Part shown: positions 52,357 to 64,000 of the stretch, in pieces | How the letters are laid out: each line of letters begins with the position of its first letter | Numbering within the stretch: position 1 is the first letter of the stretch | NCBI RefSeq assembly: GCF_002571385.2 | Contig: NW_019217875.1 | Coordinates: 295,422-359,421 of the forward strand | DNA: 64,000 nucleotides | Direction of reading: 5' to 3' | Origin: Stylophora pistillata | Taxonomy: Eukaryota | Program-made: the position numbers and the translations under genes | The notes under the pieces: generated by a model | The model's input: only the letters and a program-made list of their open reading frames with translations | Database searches by the model: none | Told to the model about the DNA's origin: nothing

Positions 52357-52830
52357 ATGGCAACTCTCAAAGAAGCTTTTGTTTCGACCGCTTCCAAGTT
52401 CAAAATTCCTAGTTTAAATGATCCCCAATGATCCCCATTGAGAAAATTCTCTTGCGAAAAAAAAAAAAAAAGATGTATTTGTAAACCTGCCAACAGGGTT
52501 TGGAAAATCCTTGATTTATTAGGCTCTTCCACTCGTGTGCGATCACATCAACAATCTTGCTGGGCATATAGTTGTTATTGTTTCTCCGCTCGTAAGTCTT
52601 ATGGAGGATCAGGTCAATTGCCTGCAAAGTATTGGAGTCAGCGCGGTAAAAATTAGTTCCCAAGAAGGGATTGACCGCCCTAGTATTGAGTATGGAAAAT
52701 ATTCGTTAGTTTTTGGCTCACCAGAAGCATGGCTCAGGAATGATCGTTGGCGATCGATGCTAGGAAATGGTGTATACCGTGCGAGGTTATGTGCTGTGGC
52801 TATCGATGAAGCACATGTTATAAGACAGTG
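52357..52830 (+). pseudogene. RecQ-like SF2 helicase N-terminal fragment (transposon-borne)
   Basis: DVFVNLPTGFGKSLIY* (Walker A), VSPLVSLMEDQV (Ia), GSPEAW (Ib), AIDEAH (II); stops and frameshift; ends at a GTAAG donor. Confidence 0.85.
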
Positions 52831-53109
52831 GTAAGTCAAGAACCAATTCCTTACTTCTCTTAACGTGCCATTTTAGCTTCGTCTTATGTTATTTAAGTTT
52901 ATATATATTCCTTTTACAATTAAGTCGAGTGGTTAACAACAGGAATGTTTTCTCACTTTCTCGAGGGCATTTGCAAAGCAGATGTGATAGACGTAAGCTT
53001 AATTTTACTTCATGTTTCGCGTTCGAAATGTTGCGATTTATGTAGAGAAATATATTCGTAGTCATAACAGACTACGTTAATGGTGAACTGTAGTCTTGGA
53101 AATGTATGA

Positions 53110-53493
53110 TCATATAGGTGTTATCGTGTTCACAGTCCTGTCAAAGAGCTCTTGTTCACCGACATTATTCTCCTCGTCCGTTCGCAGCAGTCTCTTTGCC
53201 CTAGGATTTTCTCTTGTATTGAAGACCTCTTCTATTTCTTTCTTGATTTCTTTCAGTTTATCCGATGCCTTCTTAAACTTTATCAAAAGCTGGTGGCATT
53301 TCTCTCTAAAAACAAACAATTTGCTCTTCTCCGCGTTGCGATGCACGTCAACAGCGAGCGAAGAACGAATTAGTTCAGTAAAATCAAATGAACTTTTACC
53401 GAAAATGTAAATTTTATCCTTTGTGAGTGAAATCGAGGAACAAATGAAGCATCTCTAACTACTTTCTACCAATTTCTTCGGAGTTACATCCAT
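53110..53493 (-). pseudogene. Disrupted N-terminal ORF at the transposon's other end (CxxC plus coiled coil)
   Basis: MDVTPKKLVESS*RCFICSS...KCHQLLIKFKKASDKLKEIKKEIEE, resembling a ZAD-like zinc-finger start. Confidence 0.5.
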
Positions 53494-53782
53494 GGGAAAT
53501 TTTTTAGATGACTGGCAACTCCAGAAAGCGCCGATGAATTTACCCGGGGAACTTACGTCATTGAAATTTGATTGGTTTTATCGTGAAACCAAAGGCGACG
53601 TGTGATTGGTGCAAACGCGCATTATCACCTGCAGTCACCGTGGTGGGAGAGGGAGCGTTGCGTGACGAGCCCAAACAACGGCTGCGAAGGAGACTAACTT
53701 CAAATAGGATTTTCTCGGGAACCAATGGGAATATCAATAAAGCTTGTTTTTTTTTTGGCATACTAGTGACACAAACTAGTTT

Positions 53783-54352
53783 ATTTTTTTCAGGTCTGAT
53801 TTTCGCTATTGCATAAATAGCGCTATCTACTGCGAAGGATCGTGCATCATACGTATTTAATACCGCAGTTCAAAATATATGAACTTCATATATTCATTGT
53901 ATCTGATTTATCATCACGGGTTTATTACGAATCAACTTAACGGCCTGCTCCCAGTTGGCTTGTTAGCTCAATTGGTAGAGCGCTGCACTAGTATCGCAGA
54001 GGTCAGTGGTTCGAATCCCGTACAGGCCTGATTTTTTTTCAGGTCTGATTTTCGCTATTGCATAAATAGCGCTATCTACTGCGAAGGATCGTGCATCATA
54101 CGTATTTAATACCGCAGTTCAAAATATATGAACTTCATATATTCATTGTATCTGATTTATCATCACGGGTTTATTACGAATCAACTTAACGGCCTGCTCC
54201 CAGTTGGCTTGTTAGCTCAATTGGTAGAGCGCTGCACTAGTATCGCAGAGGTCAGTGGTTCGAATCCCGTACAGGCCTGATTTTTTTTCAGGTCTGATTT
54301 TCGCTATTGCATAAATAGCGCTATCTACTGCGAAGGATCGTGTATCATACGT
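53783..54352 (+). repeat. Tandem array (~2.3 x 249 bp) with tRNA-Thr(AGT)-like cloverleaves at 53957-54029 and 54206-54278; 12-bp TSD
   Basis: ACAAACTAGTTT at 53771-53782 and 54353-54364. Acceptor and D arms pair; T stem is mismatched; a T-tract follows. Confidence 0.85.
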
Positions 54353-55309
54353 ACAAACTAGTTTGTTTGGATTACCGGGGTAACGCGGAGGCTGGTAAAT
54401 ACTCAAGTATGTTAAGGCCTGGCTAGCTAATAATATTACGAAATGCAATTTAGAATGGTTAGGTTTAATCTGTACTCCTAAAACCTGTATTACTAGTGTA
54501 ACTTATCGTCCTTAGAAAAAAGGGATCTAATCTTGCCCAGCCGATGACTATGCAAGTAAAATAGATCTTATCAAAGCAAGGGCTATCAAAATCTTACAAA
54601 AAACATTGGGGGTAGCCGCGCAATATTCCAAGATGATTGGGTTTGAAATAAAAAAAAAAATTCCTGGCGTTGCATGATTTTTAAAAGTGGAGAAAAAAGA
54701 TTTTCCCGTCAATTCCATTTGAATTTAATTTTTTGAAAGAAAAATCAATAGCATATTAAAAAATCTTTAAAATAACAAGCAAATACGATCCCTAGAACAA
54801 GGCAATGTAAGTTTTTATTATCAAAATGACTGCATTGAGGCCATTTGTAACCCTGATCACTTTCACTTGCCCAGCGAAAAATACTTGTTAATAGGTTTTT
54901 CATTGGATGAAATATTAACTGTGTGTTTTATGGACTTTTTCTTTTTGTTTGATGTCATTAAAAACAGGGAGTTATTTCGTTATTTTTTTTTAAATCAAGC
55001 TTTCCTGACACCTCCCCTACAAGTAAGCACATTGACACCAGCGTAGCGCGATTGTCTAGCGCGAGATATGCTATTCCCCTACCCTCCTATCTTAAGTAGT
55101 ACTAATGCATTTGTAGATTGGGAATTTGAATCAGACAAAGAATTGCAAAGTACAGATCCTAAATAGCTTGTCGATGTACTCCAATAAACAGTGAAAGTTG
55201 AATGATATCGCAGAATTTTATTTCTTCATAGTGTTCTTGAGTGTCCATGATTAAGAACATTTCGTAGTCAACAGTAATCAACATGTGCACAGACATTTTC
55301 CCTTTAGTG

Positions 55310-56186
55310 CTACTCTAAGTCGGAAGATCTACAGAACAGCCTCTTCACTGCTCGACGGAATTTTGGCATCCTTAGCGAGTATAAAACCGGATTAAGAGCA
55401 GAGTTAAGGAGGCCAAGAAGTAGAACACCGTAGAACGTGTCATCAGTCTCAGTACTCCGACATTTATACACGATAGTATTGACGACAATTGATGGAAGCC
55501 AGCACAGTACAAACGCGCCATAAAAGATAAAAATTGCTTTTGCGACTTCGTGCTCTCGTTTACGCGCTGAAAGCAACCCTCTTCAGGTTGCATGAGTGGT
55601 TGATGAATTCCTTGTGCGAGGAGAGCTTTGTTAAATTTTCGGATGATTTTGAACATTCGAATATGTAAGCAAAGCATGAAAATTAACAGGAGAAATCCGA
55701 TACCACCAAAGAAAAAGAAGCAACAGTATTCTTCTTTATTTCAAAGGAGAAGTAATGGTATGCTCACGGTAAGCCCAGTTAACCAAATGAAAAGATGTAT
55801 GTCTTCATAGCATTTACGCGGAACAGTCTTCCATATCGCAAAGGCATTTCCAAGAGGATATACCTTTCAATTGTCAGAATTAGCACTGTTAAATTCGAAA
55901 TTTCAACAGCCACAGTTCTCATTACGGCCACAGATTTCAATAACTTGGATCCAGCGTTATCCTTCTCCTCATGTTGCAAGACAACATGTAAAGCCGAAAG
56001 TGGTTCAATTACCATCCGGATAAGGATATCTGCCACGGAAAGGTTCACCACAAGATAGTTAGAAACGCTCCGCAACTCTGGGTCTTTATACACAGCCACG
56101 ACCACCAATAGATTACCTATTGTGGTTATTACGGCAAGCGCAACCATCAGGATCATTTCAATAGTCCACATCGAGACTTCTGTCAT
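55310..56186 (-). pseudogene. Rhodopsin-family (class A) GPCR pseudogene
   Basis: GNLLV, NLSVAD, IERY..PLRY, CWLP and NSALNPVLY spread over three frames. Frameshifts near 55795 and 55575 plus in-frame TGA at 55741-55743. Confidence 0.85.
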
Positions 56187-56801
56187 CTTATCAACCACTG
56201 TAACGAATGCCCAACTATTCCCTTTACATCAATGTCACTAAAGTGTAAAAGGATGAAATAAATGAATAAATAAAAGAACTTTTAAAAAGTAAATACTATA
56301 ATTATAGATCAATAGATATACTGCACACGAGTTCGATCCAGATTATATTTCCTCTCGCTCCCTTAAGTTATATCCAACTATTTATTTATGTAACTCTCGC
56401 ACATTGCGATACCACATTGTGAATGGTAAAATATACATCACTTGAATTGCATGCTTTGTTGCGTTTACTTTCTCCTTCTTCTCCGCTGCACTCACTGCCG
56501 TGACCTTGGTTGATTGTCAACACTTTTTGATCAAATAGACGTATTGCATCTGGATATTCTGAATATGTGGATTAAGTCGCTCGGTGGACTATTTGCCAAT
56601 GGAGAGTGGTGAATGAAATCTCGGCCGATCTGGGTCTGTCAGTCTCGTCTTAAAACTCAATTGACTTTGAGGCATTCTGGAAATTCACTCTGCTCAAGGG
56701 ACCGGAAGGTGTTTTAATCAGCGAGCTTTGCTTCTTTGTTCGTCATCTGCATCTTTCTTTACTGATCAAGTCTGATCTGGCCAAGGGTGTAGTAACATAA
56801 A

Positions 56802-57039
56802 TGAATAAAGGCTGATAGTTTCGAAAGAAACTGTTTGGGTGTGCGTCGGTGGGAGTAACGAAATAATTTGGATATATCAACAAAGTTGAAATGGTAAATT
56901 GGCCACCGTAACGATAACAAAAGCTGACGTTTCGAGCGTAAGCCTCACGACGAAGGGCTAACGTTCGAAACGTCAGCTTTTGTAATCGTTACGGTGGCCG
57001 ATTTACCATTTCATTTTTATTGATATATCCAAATCATTA
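56802..57039. mobile_element. Palindromic Penelope-like terminal fragment with 14-bp TSD
   Basis: TGTAGTAACATAAA at 56788-56801 and 57040-57053; ~75-bp inverted arms (56866-57035) centred on hammerhead-like GACGAAGGGCTAACGTTCGAAACGTCAGC. Confidence 0.78.
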
Positions 57040-57554
57040 TGTAGTAACATAAAGTCTAGTCAAAGCCGCTGACCACTACGAAGGGCAGCGGACTGTAAGG
57101 GGGGGCGGATCGAATTTATGAAAAAATCTGTTGTGTTGAGTGGTGTCGTCTCCCTTACTCGTTAGAGAACGTAACAAAAGGCCCAGTGAAATAAAAATCC
57201 CTCTGTTGATATAAACTTCAACTTGCCTGTCCGCATCTTTTACTAAATCATAGACGTATTCAGTTCACGCTCTTTCACTTTCGCGCTCCAACCGAACGAC
57301 TCTTCTTTATTCTTTCGGCATCATGGTCGTTTAGCAATAGAACCTCAATAACTGTCGTCTTGAATGAAGGATTTCAAGATCTCGGCACTTAATTAGTTTT
57401 GCTCACGATCCGTTTCGTGTGAACTTCGTTTCCATGGTGGTCTGCTCCGTTTCCATAATGACTTCAAGACTGAAGTAAAATAACGTCGTAGCATGGATCC
57501 GAATACTGAAAATCTTTGCTCATGAGTCCTAACCAGATTTTCTAACATATCCAN

Positions 57555-58255
57555 AGCGCTATTTATGCAATAGCGAAAATCAGACCTGAAAAAAATCAGG
57601 CCTGTACGGGATTCGAACCACTGACCTCTGCGATACTAGTGCAGCGCTCTACCAATTGAGCTAACAAGCCAACTGGGAGCAGGCCGTTAAGTTGATTCGT
57701 AATAAACCCGTGATGATAAATCAGATACAATGAATATATGAAGTTCATATATTTTGAACTGCGGTATTAAATACGTATGATGCACGATCCTTCGCAGTAG
57801 ATAGCGCTATTTATGCAATAGCGAAAATCAGACCTGAAAAAAAATCAGGCCTGTACGGGATTCGAACCACTGACCTCTGCGATACTAGTGCAGCGCTCTA
57901 CCAATTGAGCTAACAAGCCAACTGGGAGCAGGCCGTTAAGTTGATTCGTAATAAACCCGTGATGATAAATCAGATACAATGAATATATGAAGTTCATATA
58001 TTTTGAACTGCGGTATTAAATACGTATGATGCACGATCCTTCGCAGTAGATAGCGCTATTTATGCAATAGCGAAAATCAGACCTGAAAAAAAATCAGGCC
58101 TGTACGGGATTCGAACCACTGACCTCTGCGATACTAGTGCAGCGCTCTACCAATTGAGCTAACAAGCCAACTGGGAGCATGCCATTAAGTTGATTCCTAA
58201 TAAACCAGTGATGATAAATCAGATACGATGAATATATGAACTTCATATATTCATC
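57555..58255 (-). repeat. Second 249-bp tRNA-like tandem array, inverted relative to the first (cloverleaves 57598-57670, 57847-57919, 58096-58168)
   Basis: Reverse complement of the 53783 array unit; starts right after a single N at 57554. Confidence 0.85.
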
Positions 58256-61099
58256 GTATCTAAAGATCTCTAGTTCATACATACAGGTTTTGTCTGAATA
58301 ACGAAACAACTGCCGATGTAAATTGTCTAAAAAATAACTGAAACTGTTGCCGAAAGATTAAACAGGATCTGAAAAATTCGTATTAGTGTTTTACCTTCAA
58401 ATTCCATTGACATCTATTAAACTGCCAGCTGGTGTTGTCCAAGCTATAATTATTTATCTTTAATTTACAACTGGAGAAGCTAGGCTAGGTTCAAATTTCC
58501 AGAGAGTAATTCCAAATATCTAGCTTCAAGAGGTCGATGAGGCTTTCAAACGCTTTATGGCTTTCAATCAGTTACCCTTTCACAGTCAACCAGAGTTGCT
58601 GTTGATTTCCCGGAAATTGTCTTTGATTATCTCTTGTCCTCTTGGGATGTCACATGTGATCACGAGAACGGAATGTTAATATTTAACATGTTTGCACCCA
58701 GTAACGTAACGTCACGTTACCAAGTGGCGCATTATTCTTGTCCTAAAAATAATGATAAGTATTATTATCTAAATCAGCAGCAGCATTATTAACTATTATC
58801 ATTATAATCAGGTTTCAGTGTTTTTTTTTTTGTTGTTGTTTAACCACAGCGGCATTATTCGTCAAGCTGTAGTCACATTTTTTGTCAGCAACAAACCTCG
58901 TGTGATCAATCGACACAAATCGAGAGAAACAACAGCAGCATAGCGTCTATGAGACCGATCTGATAACTCTCATAATTTGGATCAAGTTGAAACAACCCAC
59001 AACCACGTCACAGTTTCACATTTCGCCATTTACATCCGCGTGACAAGCTAAGAGCCATGCAGTCTAGTCTGTTTGCGGCTGAACTCTCGGTCCAAACCCC
59101 CTTCGGTTTGGCAAGACTGGTTTTGTGGTGAACGGTTCTCCAAAGAGTCGCCAATTCTGCATCATAGAGTTTCCTAAAGAAAAAACTGACTAGCCTTTTT
59201 CCTCGACTGTTTAACCCTTCAATGTTCGAAGGGAAAGACTTACTTTCAAAGGACTCCAACATCCTTAAATTGAACTGAAAGCTCGGTGAAAGAAAATAAC
59301 AAGCTCGAGCCCAGCCGCCAGCTTGATGCGAAGTCACTTTACTATTCGTCCCAGAGGTGCCTCATAACGCTCATGATCTGACTCGAATCCATATATATTT
59401 TTTCTTTTTCTTTTTTTGCACAAGCCACAAGTCTTTCTGGCTATCATGTACGCCTAAGACATTTTTAATTGTTACCACTAAGTAGAATTATTCCACTTGG
59501 TTCTGGTTAAAACATCAACAAATTTGAAAATTCTGGTTCAAAAGTAGACTCCAGTGATGTACTGTTTCTTGGGCCTGTTGTAAAGAAGAATCTTAAGCGA
59601 CCAGAACTACAGATTCAGTCGTTCCGGGAATGACACAGCAGAGGGCCAATTATATTTGCACACAGGGGTGGAATCGAAGGGTCGAAGCTAGAGATCCAGT
59701 CAGAGTCATTACATTGCGTTCTTATGTAGACCTAATGATGCTCTCGAAGTCCAAAAAAAATACTTAAAGAAATGCTAGGAGGGTTGTCTTCGATGGAGCA
59801 GAAACAGCAGGAGCATTCTATCGATTCCGGGTTTTGTGAATCATTCTAACTTGTAAGTACATTAGCGTTAAACAATAATAATTATAATAATAATAATAAT
59901 TGAAATTTATATAGCGCAAATTCCATATACATGATCAAATGCGCTTTACATGAAAATAAAGAAAATGTAGGGGAAAAAAAAATTTATATATATATAAAAT
60001 TACAATTTTCCTAATGAGATAAGAAATTAAAAAGCCCTAACCAAATGAGATAGAATATTAAAAAGCACTAGGTTAATGAGATGGAAGATTAAAAGCCCGG
60101 GTAAAAAGGTAGGTTTTAAGATTACGTTTTAAACTAGAGAAGGAGTGAAGGCCAGTGAAGATAAAAATTATTTCAAGATTACAATGAGATAAAGGTTATT
60201 TAAAGTTGGCAGCAGTTTAACATTGGATTAAATGGTTGTAGGGTTTGTTTCTGCCATTGGATGGCTGACAGTAATCAACAAAGTTTTTTTCAAAATGTCA
60301 AAGTTCGCATGTCATTGAAAGGCGAGGTAAAAGAAATATTTCAAGAAATCTAGATTTGTCGTGATTAAAAATAAAATCACGACAAATTTACGTTTGTCTA
60401 CGTATCACAGTTACGCGGCTGAAAACTTTTGAAAACTAAAGTAATGACTGACGAACTATCCTCTACTTTCTCCTGAATTATTATTGTCTATGGCCAGTCT
60501 TATAACATGGTTGACCGGCACATTGACGCTGCAATAAAGCGTCTAAAGAAAGGCGGTTTGATCATGGTGATCTAGACGATGCGAAGCTCTCGCAACGGCA
60601 AGATTGGTTGTTGTGAGATAAGTCGGACTGCGCGCGAAATCGCGTACTGAGTGAGGAAAGGGACTGCACAGACCTGCCAAGTGGATCACAGGGCACCAGA
60701 CAAGTCATGATACCGGTCTTCATATAACAAACGACCTTTTGAATAAGGTGCCAGTCTATCACAGGCTACCTCGCAGCATTTCGTCACTCCGGGCTTCTCT
60801 GACAGTTCTCCGCTAGCCATTCAGTTTACCCTGGGTGGAGAATAGCATTGGGAAGAAGCAATTTGGCAATTTGATATGCTTCTGCCGTCGATTGCTTTAA
60901 AGCGACCGGCCAAAACAATGTTGCTTTCAACAACACGTGGGCAGTGGCGTTTTGTCGAAAAAAGGGTGATTAGAGCTCAGAGAAAAACGATTATTTATTG
61001 GGAACAACGGTTTCCATGAACGGCTCACATGAAACTTGCTTTCAAAATCTAACCTCAGAGCTAACTATGACGGTTATCACGCTCGTTCCCCTTCAGTTC

Positions 61100-63531
61100 C
61101 TACATTAGCAGAGCGTTCAGCACAGCTGTAATCAGCAAAAACGCGGTGACGGGCGAAATCATAGTAGATGTAGAGCTCAGGTGATCGCAGGATGTCAGCG
61201 CCTTCACATCTTTGCCATATACGTCTCCAAGGTAACCCATATAGCTCTGATCATCCGTCGCTATACCTTTGAGTGCTGTGGTTGCATCTTTAAAGATCAA
61301 ATTTTTCCCGCCGTCATATTTCGTGGAGTTGAAGAGCTGGAAATCATTCCAGTTGGTCTGTTTCCTGCCGTACTTGTCACTCATGGCCGTTAATATTTTG
61401 ATGATGTCTTCGATGTCAGAGTTTTCCTTCCTCGTAACCACTGCATGTGCAGGACTTGCGCCGAGATTGCATTCTTTTTGGTGTCCAATTTCTGAAAATG
61501 ATTGAAAAAATTGTACATGATATTGACAAAAACTCTATCAAGTAGAATGCGTCCCCCAAACTCAATGCCTATAGACCTTTAAATAGCCAGTTAAGAAGAA
61601 GCGTTTCTTATGTTTCTTGATATTAATAGAAACAAAAGTGTGGATTTACTGATGTTGTGAGGGCCAAGAATTTGACCGCAAAGTAATGGTGATGGGAAAA
61701 TGGGTTCGAAGTTAGAAGGAGGAAAGAAGGAGGAGTGACAAATGTCCGAGGTTCTTCGTTTCCATGGTAACCGTTAGTTCGGAGTAGCAGTGTATCGTGC
61801 CTTACCTGGTGAACAAATTACTCTGAATTTTGGGATAATTAGCCCTAGAAATCTATTCATACTGGTTGCCCGAGCAGCGGAGGTGGACGACGCAGAGACA
61901 TCTTAATTGAAGTGTAACAATTCAGGATGAAGCTATTTGCATGTATATAGGGGAGATCAAATGATTAGAACAGACTACCGGTTTCTCAACTCACGCTGGA
62001 AAAATTGAAGGGTTTTATTCTTTTCTATCTCTTCCAATTATTTATCTTCATCTGATATTATCATTATTTTTGTTTGAAAGGAATATAAATGGGCGCTGGT
62101 AAATCATTAGGAAAATTAGAGGAAATACGGCGGATTACCTGTTGTGGACCAGCATTCCGTGCATGATAAAAAGCAATTCCTCACTTCTTGACACGCAAAT
62201 ATTTTAAGCCCGAGAAGAAGCTGCACAAGTCAACTGCGTATAAGAACTACCAGACCTCAAAAAGGATATACGTAATGCATACATTACCCATTCTCCCTCC
62301 ATTCGCGCACAAGTACTGGTATGCGGTCTTGTTAGCCTCATCATAGAAAGGCTTTGGTGAGTCCATCTCGATTTTCACAAAAGCCACGTCACCCTTGCCA
62401 TCCTTCATGCATTTGAAGGCCTCTTTATGGTAGTCGGAAGAGCTTACAGTGCACTTGTCATCTTCAGGACCGTCACACAGACTGCAGAGGTTTTGGACCT
62501 TCTGGTAGACGTCTGCACTTACTTTACATTTGGTACCTTGCAAACCGAACGAAAGAGAATTGATTGCTAAATACAATGAAACTAAAATCGAAGACATATT
62601 TCTGGAGAAGGAGCTCGAACCCGTCTGTCCAAGATATTTAATGGTTGAACGCAACCATAACTGAGCAAAGAAGCCTCATGTTGTGAAGGCAAATGTTTTT
62701 GGGTTCTTGGTTCCCTCCTGATTACTTTTAAAAAATAAGCATAGTTTTTTTCTGTTCAGACAGGGTATCCAATTTTTTATTTTTTTAAATTTTTTTTATT
62801 ACTCCTACTCCTACCCTTCTCCCTTCCCCCCCCCCCTAATCCCGGTCGAATGATGGTAAATCAAACATTTTATCTCAATATTTTGAAAGGAATGAAGGAA
62901 CTGTGCTGCCTTACTGATGATACTGATATACCGATATATGCTAGACACTCTAGTCTTTTTGGATGAAGAGAAAAATCCGGGTAGTTTTCTCTTGCACTAT
63001 TATTATCAGGAACCCACTCATTATTCGAAAAAAATGAAAATATAGGTCGGAGTTCCCCATCTTCAGGTCTTTCTTTGTGAAGGATTTAAAAATTGACGAA
63101 TAGAAGCGGTTTGAGGCGACACAAAGTACTTAGTCTCTGTCAGTGCATAGAGAAGACATCGCGAGGTAGGAAATTGATGAATATCCAATATTCTACCAAG
63201 CCTATCAGTATAACAATAGAAGAGAGTTTTAATCACACATCTTCGCTCTTACGTGGGACACAGCTCTCACTGAAGAACTTTGAAGCTGACAAGTATGACT
63301 TGTAAGGGTTCGCACAATCCACGGGGTCCATAATCCCTGAGCGTAACAAAAATCCCACGGAAATTTTCCAACCTGCATTCTTATCAGCTTGAGTGTGGCA
63401 AGACTTCTTTCCTTTAAGAGTCTTCAAGTCGAAGCCTGTGTTTGCCTTTTTCACAATGGCAACAGCGTAGTATTTCACATCGTACTCGCCATACTGCTCA
63501 GAGACAATGACCCTGAAGTCATATTTTTCAC
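61100..63531 (-). CDS. Single-lobe transferrin (TF-C), last three exons; 5' exons lie beyond the window
   Basis: Exons 63531-63253, 62536-62288, 61491-61100 with the same intron positions as TF-B. YYAVA, SCHTQADKNAGW, EAFKC..GDVAFVK, PAHAVV, hydrophobic tail. Confidence 0.9.
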
Positions 63532-64000
63532 CTGTAAGAATGTGAAACAACTCAGACATGAGCTATCAATTTCTAAGCAAAAATATCAACCATTGAATAG
63601 TAGTATACACTAGCAAAGCGGATGATGTCGAAGGCACTCTCTGCGGATTGGCTACTTAAACTCCGAATATCCTTTGCTATTCACCTCCGAGCAATGCGCG
63701 CAGGATTTGCACCCGAAAATATTGTTATCGTTGCAAGAATAAGTGAGTTGAAATCATCTTTTTGTGCTATATTATCTCACCGTTTTAGTTTATACTGAAA
63801 CAAGTATTAGGCCGTTCCGCGTGCCCACCAGTTTTGAATATGGTATTCTTAAATGAAAAAAAAGGGCTCAAGAAGAAATCAAAATACAATCAAAAAGAAG
63901 ACAGAAAAATATTCATTGAAGCGAATTAGCTTTTCACCGATTTGTTTTTAAGGAAATCTATACATCTAAGCTCAAAAACCATCTTTCTTACTGATCAGAA

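Larger units (their letters stand above)
52177..53696. mobile_element. Internally deleted Academ (AcademH-type) DNA transposon
   Basis: ~55-bp TIRs beginning TAG; perfect 9-bp TSD ACTTCAAAT (52168-52176, 53697-53705); RecQ-like helicase remnant and a convergent ORF. Confidence 0.85.

Noticed and set aside
52535-52834. Host RecQ/WRN helicase gene
   Set aside because: Truncated, contains stops, and lies inside TIRs with a TSD.
53957-58168. Five functional tRNA-Thr(AGT) genes
   Set aside because: Mismatched T stem and anticodon-stem base, embedded in identical repeat units; treated as tRNA-derived repeats.
53783-58255. CRISPR-like array
   Set aside because: Units are wholly identical with no unique spacers, no cas genes, and the context is eukaryotic.

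Overview
Eukaryotic, AT-rich animal DNA with spliceosomal GT-AG introns. The gene and repeat content suggests a stony coral (inference only). From left to right: (1) a tandem family of multi-pass membrane proteins with otopetrin-like motifs, one copy open to the window edge and one three-exon pseudogene broken by a solo LTR, a retroelement tail, stops and frameshifts; (2) a small Cys/His-rich ORF; (3) two tandem intronless peptide deformylases, one with altered catalytic motifs, head-to-head with an uncharacterised C39/papain-like protein; (4) KDSR (11 exons), Par-6 (3 exons) and ANKRD60-like (3 exons, RFX X-box upstream); (5) three single-lobe transferrins with probable GPI tails whose iron/anion ligands have diverged differently; (6) a GPCR pseudogene. 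Mobile DNA includes an AcademH-type RecQ-helicase element with a 9-bp TSD, Penelope-like ends with hammerhead motifs, piggyBac-like MITEs, a SINE, and 249-bp tRNA-like tandem arrays, one inserted as a multimer with a TSD. All exon coordinates and homology calls were made by eye; no searches were run.
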